Shown: one piece after another, positions 29,940 to 37,991 of the stretch
How positions within the stretch are numbered: position 1 is the first letter of the stretch
Layout: each line of letters starts with the position of its first letter
DNA from: Candidatus Latescibacterota bacterium
Lineage (GTDB): Bacteria > Latescibacterota > UBA2968
Reading direction: 5' to 3'
Assembly: GCA_965205975.1 (NCBI GenBank)
Contig: OZ242195.1
Coordinates: 768,001 to 832,000 of the forward strand
Length of the DNA: 64,000 nucleotides
Position numbers and translations under genes: made by a program
Notes under the pieces: generated by a model
Database searches by the model: none
The model's input: only the letters and a program-made list of their open reading frames with translations
What the model was told of the DNA's origin: nothing

Positions 29940-31255
29940 CACGATCCTTTCGCCCGTTGAAACCAGTCAATGAGTTGGCTTTTAAGATCGTTATAAATCT
30001 CAGGATATTGACTGGCCAAATCATTGGCTTCGCCAATATCCTGATCGAGCTTGTACAATTCAAATTGCAATTCTTCAATAGCCGGAATAGCCTCGGCAAA
30101 TTGCCCGCGATGATTAGGGCCTGTACCAACCAGTTTCCAATCGTCTTTTACCGCTCCCATTTTCCCAAACAAATCCCAAAACACATACCGCCCTGGCAAA
30201 TCTTCTTGCCCATGTGATCTCAAATGCGCAAGCAAACTCACTCCATGAACTGGATGCTGTCCATTCATTTTGGGAATCTCAATGCCAGCCGCATCCAGCA
30301 CAGTGGCAAACAAATCAAAATGCACAGCACCTGCATCAGATACCATCCCTTTGGGAATAACACCCGGCCACTGCATCACCGCAGGCACGCGGATTCCACC
30401 TTCATATGTCATTCCTTTTTGCCCGCGTAAAGGGCCATTATTGCCCGGAAATTTATCAATCATTGCACCATTATCGCTCAAGTAGATGACAAGTGTGTTA
30501 TCTACGATAGCCAACTCATGCAATGTCGCCATGATTTTACCCACACCATCATCCATATGATCCAGCACCGCAAAATAGTCGCGCTTGGGGAACTCAATAC
30601 CGCGATCTTCATACTTTTTTAACCACTCGGCTTTGCCCGATGTTTTGGGTGCCTGTTCTCGCCACAAGGGACCATGCACAGCATTGTAAGGCACATAACA
30701 AAAAAACGGCTTATCACGATGTTTCCGAATAAAGTCAATCGCATAACCAGTAAACACATCCGTCAAATGATCTTCATGCACCAGGGGCTGGTCATTGTGC
30801 AAAAGGCGACTACCATCAAAAGGCCAATAGGGGTGTGCACCACCCAAAAATCCGACAAATTCTTCAAAACCGCGTTCATTGGGCACATTGGGTGCATCAT
30901 ATCCCAAATGCCACTTGCCAAACATGCCAGTTTTATATCCTGCTTCCTTCAAAAACTCGGGCAAAAGTTTTACATCATCATGAATGCGCCTTGGCAACGT
31001 ATCTGTTTTCTGCCCCGGCAGTGATGGGCCACGCCACATGCCGCATTCCAAAGAATACTGCCCAGAAAAAAGAGATGCACGCGTTGGCGCACAAAGTGGA
31101 TTGACCCTCAACTGTGTAAAACGCACCCCATTTTTTGCAATCGCATCCATCGTTGGTGTATCGACCTCTGTATCCCAATAACAACCCGCATCTCCATACC
31201 CCTGATCGTCTGTAACAATGATGAGAAAATTTGGTTTTGTGGCCATAATGATCAT
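29939..31255 (-). CDS. Sulfatase (Cys-type)
   Basis: KPNFLIIVTDDQGYGD, CAPTR, GKWHLG and RGQKGMTYEGG motifs; start 31255 or 31246. Confidence 0.95.
   Translation of the reverse strand: MIIMATKPNFLIIVTDDQGYGDAGCYWDTEVDTPTMDAIAKNGVRFTQLRVNPLCAPTRASLFSGQYSLECGMWRGPSLPGQKTDTLPRRIHDDVKLLPEFLKEAGYKTGMFGKWHLGYDAPNVPNERGFEEFVGFLGGAHPYWPFDGSRLLHNDQPLVHEDHLTDVFTGYAIDFIRKHRDKPFFCYVPYNAVHGPLWREQAPKTSGKAEWLKKYEDRGIEFPKRDYFAVLDHMDDGVGKIMATLHELAIVDNTLVIYLSDNGAMIDKFPGNNGPLRGQKGMTYEGGIRVPAVMQWPGVIPKGMVSDAGAVHFDLFATVLDAAGIEIPKMNGQHPVHGVSLLAHLRSHGQEDLPGRYVFWDLFGKMGAVKDDWKLVGTGPNHRGQFAEAIPAIEELQFELYKLDQDIGEANDLASQYPEIYNDLKSQLIDWFQRAKGS
31200..31254. repeat. 55-bp direct repeat copy A (sulfatase 5' end)
   Basis: 54/55 identical to 33648-33702. 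Confidence 0.95.
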
Positions 31256-32094
31256 TCCTTGAGTGCGGCAGCATCCTCAGCGATCCACTCTTCCCATCTT
31301 TCTTCGTCGGGTTGCATAAATCCACTGTTGGCTCGCCGAAATACATTTGCATCTTCGCCCAGGAGGCGCAGTAGTCGACGATTGCCAGTCTCTCGTGCTC
31401 GCGCTTTGACTGCTTGAGAAATTGGGCCTGAATAATTGGCTCTGTGTTTAAGCCAGGAGTGATTCATCGTTAAAAAGAAAAGGTATCGGTATTCCTTTGA
31501 GTAATTGGCCGTTCCCGAGTGTACTATCGCATTGTGAAATACGGCGATATCTCCAGATTTGGGATAAAGGATGACTTCGTCGGGGTGGGGTTGCTTTCTT
31601 TCTTCTTGTGTTAAAGATATTGCCTTCATGTGAGAACCTGGAATAATACGCAGGGGGCCAATTTCATCATCGAGATCCTGCAAATAGCTCAGAGCATTGA
31701 AGAGTAAGGGCCTTTGGTAGATGCCTTCTTGAGGAAACTCGGCGAACATGTCCCGGTGAAAACCCAGTACCGGGTTTGTGTTTGGGTCCTGTGGTGCCGT
31801 GCGCCGATATGTGATGGATTCGAGCTGGACATGCGGGCCCACGATCATTTCACAAAAATCCAATAGGCGATCATTTTGTAAGGCCGAAAGAATGAGATCG
31901 GGTTTGTGTTCGAGCACATCGACAAAGACCTGGGGTCGGCTGCCATCGGGATTGGGGAGGCGATCACCGATTTCTTCAAATGAATTTCGCATGGCTTTGA
32001 CCCAGACATCGTCCAGCATCTTTGGGAAAAGTGTAAATCCAACTGTTTTGAATTCTTTTAGGTGTTCTTCGAGGGATTTGGGATCTTTTTGCAT
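31252..32094 (-). CDS. PhyH-like dioxygenase
   Basis: GFHRD, GPLRIIPGSH and GDIAVFH...VHSG motifs; AGGAGG RBS. Confidence 0.9.
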   Translation of the reverse strand: MQKDPKSLEEHLKEFKTVGFTLFPKMLDDVWVKAMRNSFEEIGDRLPNPDGSRPQVFVDVLEHKPDLILSALQNDRLLDFCEMIVGPHVQLESITYRRTAPQDPNTNPVLGFHRDMFAEFPQEGIYQRPLLFNALSYLQDLDDEIGPLRIIPGSHMKAISLTQEERKQPHPDEVILYPKSGDIAVFHNAIVHSGTANYSKEYRYLFFLTMNHSWLKHRANYSGPISQAVKARARETGNRRLLRLLGEDANVFRRANSGFMQPDEERWEEWIAEDAAALKE

Positions 32095-32137
32095 TTCAGC
32101 CTCCTGGTGTTTCAGTTTTCTTCATTTTGGGCAGAAT

Positions 32138-32305
32138 TCAGGATTGGAAAATCGTCCCGGGCCACGGATAAGCGTTGGATCCAGCCTCATCATCGATGGG
32201 GCCTTCCGGCAGTGTGGCTTGCCAATCCATGACCTGCTCTGACATCTGCTTGACCAGGGTCTCTTCAAATTTGGCGTGATTGACGAGTTCCATAATGTTT
32301 TTCAT
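32138..32305 (-). pseudogene. In-frame chimera: MKNI (start of the 29716-29859 sulfatase) plus the last 51 aa of an allele of sulfatase 27101-28447
   Basis: The 18 bp at 32294-32311 equal 29848-29865; 32138-32293 is about 97% identical to 27101-27256. Confidence 0.9.
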
Positions 32306-32308
32306 CTC

Positions 32309-33694
32309 TTAGCTCCTATCGACTTCCTCAGACCAGGCTCTGTACAATTCCTGCAGGCGTTCCACGACTTCGGGATGCTGATCAATCAGATCTTGACTCT
32401 CGGAGGGATCTTCCTTCAGGTTAAATAGGCAGGTATTCTGGAGAAGCTCTGTGCGTTCAACGATCCCATCGCAGGGCTCTCGACCTCTCCTGCCACCTTT
32501 ATGCAACAGCTTCCAGTCACCAGAGCGCACGGCATAACTGTCGCCCCAGCGCCAGAAGAGGTCTCGCTGGTCTGCGATTTTTGTGACATCTTTTGGGATG
32601 GCTTGACCATCCAAACCTTCTGGCAGTTCGATCCCTGCCGCCTGTAAACAGGTTGGAAGAATATCGAGCGTTGAGATCGTCCTGTCACAGATCGTTCCAG
32701 ATGCCGACTCATTTGGACGGGCGAGGATAAATGGCACGCGAATCCCGCCCTCCCAGAGCGTAAACTTGCTCCCGGCAAGCGGCAGGTTGCAGGCACCGGT
32801 GTTCGGTGCGCCTCCGTTGTCTGAAAACATGATCACGATGGTGTTGTCGGCAAGCGATAGCTGATCCAACGTGTCCAGGAGGCGACCGATATTGTCGTCG
32901 AGGCAGTTGAGGTTCGCCAGATAGTATCTGCGAAACTCGTCGGCATTGATCTCGCCGAGGGTGACATACCTTTTGAACCAGTCTTCATAACTGCCCATGG
33001 TCTCCGGGTCGTAGTTTGGAATCTCCCTTACGCCGTGCTTGTCGAGGTATCGCCTGGGTACCTGATGAATCAGGTGATGCACGGAGTTGTAGGAGAGCGT
33101 TACAAAGAAAGGTTCTTCCTGATGGCTCTCGAGAAAATCGATTGTCGCATCGGTGAAGATCTCCGTCAGATAACCTTCTCCAAATTCTTTGTAACCCCGG
33201 TTGTGCATGAGTGGGCCGACAACCGCGCTGTGCCCTTTTGGATCGGGCGTGCGATCTTCGATATCTCTGGTGAGGAGGAAATAGTCGTGGCCGTGTGCCG
33301 AGAAGCCGAGAAACTCGTCGTAGCCGTGGTTCAGCGGGTATTCGCGAGCTTCGTGATCGTGAAAGCCCAGGCCGTAATCGTTCTTGCCGAAACGCGCTGT
33401 GGTATAGCCGTTAGCCTTCATGATTTCGGCGATGTTCTTTTCTGTTTCAGGATGTCCGCAAAAAAAGGAGGATTTCGGGTCCCAGCGCACCTGGTGCCGC
33501 CCCGTATTCCATCCAGCACGCGAAGGGCTGCATACGGGAGCTGTCACATAGGCCTGTGAAAAGAGAACGCCGCGCTCAGCAAGCCGATCCATGTTTGGCG
33601 TTTGCACGTCTGGCGCATGGTGTTTGAATGCGGTCAGGTCGCCGTAGCCCTGATCGTCTGTAACAATGATGAGAAAATTTGGTTTTGTGCCCAT
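32309..33694 (-). CDS. Sulfatase (Cys-type)
   Basis: KPNFLIIVTDDQGYGD, CSPSR, SDNGG and GSKFTLWEGG motifs. Likely start ATG 33694 (ORF open to 33721). Confidence 0.95.
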   Translation of the reverse strand: MGTKPNFLIIVTDDQGYGDLTAFKHHAPDVQTPNMDRLAERGVLFSQAYVTAPVCSPSRAGWNTGRHQVRWDPKSSFFCGHPETEKNIAEIMKANGYTTARFGKNDYGLGFHDHEAREYPLNHGYDEFLGFSAHGHDYFLLTRDIEDRTPDPKGHSAVVGPLMHNRGYKEFGEGYLTEIFTDATIDFLESHQEEPFFVTLSYNSVHHLIHQVPRRYLDKHGVREIPNYDPETMGSYEDWFKRYVTLGEINADEFRRYYLANLNCLDDNIGRLLDTLDQLSLADNTIVIMFSDNGGAPNTGACNLPLAGSKFTLWEGGIRVPFILARPNESASGTICDRTISTLDILPTCLQAAGIELPEGLDGQAIPKDVTKIADQRDLFWRWGDSYAVRSGDWKLLHKGGRRGREPCDGIVERTELLQNTCLFNLKEDPSESQDLIDQHPEVVERLQELYRAWSEEVDRS

Positions 33695-33702
33695 AATGAT
33701 CA
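33648..33702. repeat. 55-bp direct repeat copy B
   Basis: 54/55 identical to 31200-31254. Confidence 0.95.
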
Positions 33703-33723
33703 CCCGCTCCAATCCCCGCATTG

Positions 33724-35205
33724 TTACCTGTCAGCCCCGCCGGGAAGCTGCTCTCTGGTCATCACCTTGATTGGTGGCAGGTTATCGACCATTCCCGCGT
33801 CCGTGCGTCGAAGCTCATCAATGGTCCCTTGTCGAAGTTGGGCGAGCAACTCGTGGTAATCGGATTCCAAAGCGAGGTTTTCCAGTTCCTCGGGATCATT
33901 CTCGAGATCGTACATCTCTTCGATCTCCCCGGGGACGAGCCAGCGGATATATTTGTACTTTCCCGTGCACAGAGATACCCACCAGGGGATAGGAGGATTG
34001 CCTATTGGCTCGCCACAGCCGACATCGGTGTCTTCTCCAAAATAATGACCCGTACACTCCATCAGCAGCGGGCGATCCCATTCGGCGTTGGGATCGGAGA
34101 GCAATGGTGTCAGGTCCTCCCCGTGCATCTTCCAGGGTTGTTCCATGCCGATTAACGAGAGAAAGGTAGGCGGGATATCCTGACCGCCGATTGGCACATC
34201 GCATACTGTGCCTGCGGGAATCTGTCCCGGCAGCCGCATGATCATCGGCGCTTTGATATTGGCATCATAGGGCGCCACCTTGAGTCGAAAGCCGTGCTGT
34301 CCCCAGGCGAATCCCTGGTCCGACGTAAAGACGACCAGGGTATCATCCAATTGCCCCATCTCCTCTATGGCGCTGATCACCCTGCCAACCCCTTCATCCA
34401 GGGCGCGAACGCCCCGGTTGTATTGTTGTTCCCAATCTGTGAGGGTCCGTCCATCCCGGATGCCTACCGGTTGGCCCAGATCTCCCTCGCGCCAAACACC
34501 ATAGTCCCGCATATGTGTCGCCTTGGTCGGGCGCGGCGGGTAGATGTCTTCTGGCGTGGGGACCTGGGAAACATCTGGATAATCGTGGAGATGGCGGTCA
34601 GCCACTTCCCAGGGTCCGTGTACTGCATCATAGCACAGCCAGAGGTGCCAGGGCTTATCCGGTTCTTCTGCCCGTCCACGGAGAAATTCAAGTGCATACT
34701 CCGTGTAGTTATCGGTAGAATAGCCGCCAACCGGTTCCGGCGGTCCTCCGTTGATACTCATGCTCTGATTGACATAATAGGGCCCGTATTTCTCGGGTTG
34801 GCTGTGGTCCCAGATGGCAGAAAAATCCCAGTACCGACCGTGACCATGATCGGGACCTGTGTGCCATTTGCCGACGATGCCTGTGTACCAACCGTTCTCA
34901 CGGAGATTCTCGAGCCAGTACGGACACTGGTCTGGATCGCGGACATAGTTTGGGTAGCTCGTGGGCAGGTGCATGCTCATCACGCCATGTGGCAATTTTC
35001 CGGTCAGGTACGTGGCGCGTGAAGGCGCACACCAGGCACTGGTATAGCAGTTGGAAAAACGCATCCCCTCATGGGCGAGGCGGTCGATGTTTGGCGTACT
35101 GATCCACGAATGCGCCTCGGGATAGCAACTCACAGACCGAAAGCTCTGATCGTCGGTGAAGATGTATAAAATGTTGCGAGGATGGTTCAATTGATCATCG
35201 TTCAT
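33724..35205 (-). CDS. Sulfatase (Cys-type)
   Basis: NILYIFTDDQ, CAPSR, GKWH, SDQG and MYDLENDPEE motifs. Confidence 0.95.
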   Translation of the reverse strand: MNDDQLNHPRNILYIFTDDQSFRSVSCYPEAHSWISTPNIDRLAHEGMRFSNCYTSAWCAPSRATYLTGKLPHGVMSMHLPTSYPNYVRDPDQCPYWLENLRENGWYTGIVGKWHTGPDHGHGRYWDFSAIWDHSQPEKYGPYYVNQSMSINGGPPEPVGGYSTDNYTEYALEFLRGRAEEPDKPWHLWLCYDAVHGPWEVADRHLHDYPDVSQVPTPEDIYPPRPTKATHMRDYGVWREGDLGQPVGIRDGRTLTDWEQQYNRGVRALDEGVGRVISAIEEMGQLDDTLVVFTSDQGFAWGQHGFRLKVAPYDANIKAPMIMRLPGQIPAGTVCDVPIGGQDIPPTFLSLIGMEQPWKMHGEDLTPLLSDPNAEWDRPLLMECTGHYFGEDTDVGCGEPIGNPPIPWWVSLCTGKYKYIRWLVPGEIEEMYDLENDPEELENLALESDYHELLAQLRQGTIDELRRTDAGMVDNLPPIKVMTREQLPGGADR

Positions 35206-35276
35206 TGTGATTCTCCGTAATCTATGTGGTCAGGTAAACCAGACCCTGGTTCGCTTCTATTTTCTCTGTTCTGCAT
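35202..35276 (-). other. 24-aa junction mini-ORF coupled by ATGA to the sulfatase
   Basis: MQNRENRSEPGSGLPDHIDYGESQ*; the stop overlaps ATG 35205. Confidence 0.4.
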
Positions 35277-35298
35277 CTATCCGAATTTGCGCCCACGA

Positions 35299-36366
35299 TT
35301 AGAACTCAGAGCCTGCAACAGTGCGAACGGCCTCGCTCCAGTCATCCCAAAGTCTCGGACCTTCCGGGCGTGGTTCAGGAGGCGGGACGGCTGGCCCAAG
35401 TTCAAGTTCGTGGAGTTTTCTCACGTTGGGCGGTGGCGATGGTCGTGGCCCTTTGACATAACGGCCGTTGTATGTTCTGTCATATACAGACTTTTTGTAG
35501 GCATCATAAAGAATCATCTGTCGAATCTGCGGAGGGTTGCTGTAGTTCCGCGTTGCCGAGTGGAACATTCGCCCGTGCCACAAAACCACATCGCCCTCGT
35601 CACCAAAAAATTCAAAGGGTTCAATGTCGGCGAGTGCGTCCTTGAGTCCTGCAGGCTGCGGCAAAACAAATGCCGCAGCGCCGCTTTCCGGATGGGGTGA
35701 ATGTAGAATTGAATAGCGGGCGAGGTCTGCGGAGTCCGGCTCTGCTTCGTAGAGCAAGCGGTGACTGCCGGGAAAAAGGGCGATGCCACCTCCACCCTGG
35801 GGAACCTGGTCAACGTATGCGCTTGCCACCAGATGCACCGGCTCGGGATCAATGTGTGCACCGGCACGGACGGCATCCGCCAGAGCAGGTGAGTCGCTCG
35901 GACGCTCTCTCGGCAGCACGCAATACATACCGCGCAACTCCTTGCCACCCCAGACCGGCCAACCACGCAACCGACTTCCACGCGGATCTGGATCGGCCGC
36001 GGAGGAAGTTACCTCTGGTGTCACAACTTCACCTTCACCGAGAAGTTGCTCAAACCACGGGAATACACGGCGTGGAAGCAAGTTGATTAAGTCCTCGTCG
36101 CCGGAGAGTTCACGCAGTCGCCAGCCGTGGTCACCGGTGCGATCATTCATGCCATCAGGGGTGCTTTGACGATCTGCCTCCGGGAGACCGTTTAGCCATG
36201 TTTGAGGATCGTCTCGGCGCAAATGACTTGAGGTATTCCCTGCCCATAACCTATCTCGTGCTGCAGCACAAAGTTTGGGGTCGAGGATCTTTCGTTTCAC
36301 GAGGAATCCGTTCGTAATAAATTGTTGGATCTCTTCTGTACTCAGTGCTGCCAATGCTGTATTCAT
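35299..36366 (-). CDS. PhyH-like dioxygenase
   Basis: LSTEEIQQFITNGFLV, AHID, FPGSH and GDVVLWH...FHS motifs. Confidence 0.88.
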   Translation of the reverse strand: MNTALAALSTEEIQQFITNGFLVKRKILDPKLCAAARDRLWAGNTSSHLRRDDPQTWLNGLPEADRQSTPDGMNDRTGDHGWRLRELSGDEDLINLLPRRVFPWFEQLLGEGEVVTPEVTSSAADPDPRGSRLRGWPVWGGKELRGMYCVLPRERPSDSPALADAVRAGAHIDPEPVHLVASAYVDQVPQGGGGIALFPGSHRLLYEAEPDSADLARYSILHSPHPESGAAAFVLPQPAGLKDALADIEPFEFFGDEGDVVLWHGRMFHSATRNYSNPPQIRQMILYDAYKKSVYDRTYNGRYVKGPRPSPPPNVRKLHELELGPAVPPPEPRPEGPRLWDDWSEAVRTVAGSEF

Positions 36367-36383
36367 GGAAATAACCCTTCTTT

Positions 36384-36430
36384 CTTCAATACTGAACCAT
36401 TATACGGACTTCAATACCGAACCATTGTAC
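36384..36430. repeat. Tandem 22-bp duplication (period 25) containing -10-like hexamers
   Basis: Minus strand gTACAATggttcggtattgaag and gTATAATggttcagtattgaag, 2 mismatches, just upstream of PhyH ATG 36366. Confidence 0.85.
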
Positions 36431-36523
36431 ATCGTTGGGAGTAGTCACGGATGGTGATGAATCCTCAGGATCGTGCTGGAGAATAGAGCTATAATCAGAA
36501 ATCCCAAAAACACAGAGGGGATT

Positions 36524-37951
36524 CTAAACACTCGGCAAAGGCACAGTATCTCCTGTTTCATGTTGCCACAATCGAATTTTCGCCGCCATATCGCGAATGC
36601 GATCGCGATGTTCAGGAACATCAAACAGATTGTTTTCTTCATAAGGATCTGTATTAAGGTCGAACAACTCACACTGGTCACCAGCACACAAATTCAACTT
36701 CCAGCGATCACCTGTCACCACAGATCGCCAGGGCAATGTCGCCATCAAGTTAATGCTTGGATTCCCTAAATTGCGATCGCCAATCCCATTCCACTCCATA
36801 AATGCAACGTGATCCTTCAAATTGCGCTCACCGGTGAGTGCACCAGCTAAACTCTTCCCTTCACACTGATCTGAAACTTCAACGCCCGCCAGATCCAAAA
36901 GTGTCGGCACCAAATCCGCATGCCCAAACACACCATCGATTCGTTTCTGTTCCTTATTCAACCACGGCACACTGAGCAAAAACGGCACTCGCGCAGACTC
37001 TTCGTAAAAAGTCCGCTTTTCCATCATCGCATGATCGCCCACCATTTCTCCATGATCACTCGTGTAAGCAATAATCGTATTCTCCAGTTGCCCTGTCTCT
37101 TCCAATGCCTGAATGATCCGCCCCACAGCATCATCCACAATCTTCATATTTCCGAAGTATTGCGATCTCACTTTCCGCCATCCCAATTCCGTACTTAAAT
37201 CTTCACCTGCCTCCTTCTTCGTTGCATAATGCTCTGCTCGCACCCGATTAAATCGCGAATGCCCTTCAGGATGTTTCAAAAACGTCGGGCCAACCGGCAA
37301 TTCCTCAGGATCATACAAACCGTCATACGGCCCTGTATATGGAGGGTGCGGTTCAAACGTACTGCACACCAATAACCAGGGCTGATCGACATTTTCTCGA
37401 ATAAACCGATCCGCTTCCTGCGCGACAAACGCCCCGACCTGTTGTTCCGCTGGCAAACGCGCGCGATCACCTGCAGAAAATTGTTTCAAGTCCGGCGCCA
37501 AATGCGAGGGTGGTTCAACGCCCTGCGCCACCAACCACTCATAGTGGGAACTCATCGGCGCATCTTGAATCGTATTCAAATGCCGCAAATTATCCTGAAT
37601 ACTGATCCACTCATCAAACCCATGTTGGCGAACGGTATCGTTGCCCAAATGCCATTTGCCCATATATGCCTTGCGATATGTATCTGGCATCATTTCCGCA
37701 ATCGACTTTGTATCTTCCCGCAGATGAATCCCATTCGCCACACATCCGTGCGAATGAGGGTACAGCCCAGACATCAACGTACCCCGCGATGGCGTACACA
37801 CAGCCTGACCAACATACGTATTCTCAAAAACAAAAGACCGCTCCGAAAGCGCATTCAAATGCGGCGATTGAATCCAATCATTGCCGTAACACGACATGGT
37901 ATCTGTGCGTTGCTGATCTGTGAACACAAAAAGAATATTCGGTTGATTCAT
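36524..37951 (-). CDS. Sulfatase (Cys-type)
   Basis: QPNILFVFTDQ, CTPSR, GKWHLG and SDHGE motifs. Confidence 0.95.
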   Translation of the reverse strand: MNQPNILFVFTDQQRTDTMSCYGNDWIQSPHLNALSERSFVFENTYVGQAVCTPSRGTLMSGLYPHSHGCVANGIHLREDTKSIAEMMPDTYRKAYMGKWHLGNDTVRQHGFDEWISIQDNLRHLNTIQDAPMSSHYEWLVAQGVEPPSHLAPDLKQFSAGDRARLPAEQQVGAFVAQEADRFIRENVDQPWLLVCSTFEPHPPYTGPYDGLYDPEELPVGPTFLKHPEGHSRFNRVRAEHYATKKEAGEDLSTELGWRKVRSQYFGNMKIVDDAVGRIIQALEETGQLENTIIAYTSDHGEMVGDHAMMEKRTFYEESARVPFLLSVPWLNKEQKRIDGVFGHADLVPTLLDLAGVEVSDQCEGKSLAGALTGERNLKDHVAFMEWNGIGDRNLGNPSINLMATLPWRSVVTGDRWKLNLCAGDQCELFDLNTDPYEENNLFDVPEHRDRIRDMAAKIRLWQHETGDTVPLPSV

Positions 37952-37991
37952 ATTTACCCCTCAAATTTGTCGTTCGCGGTATTCCCGATTC

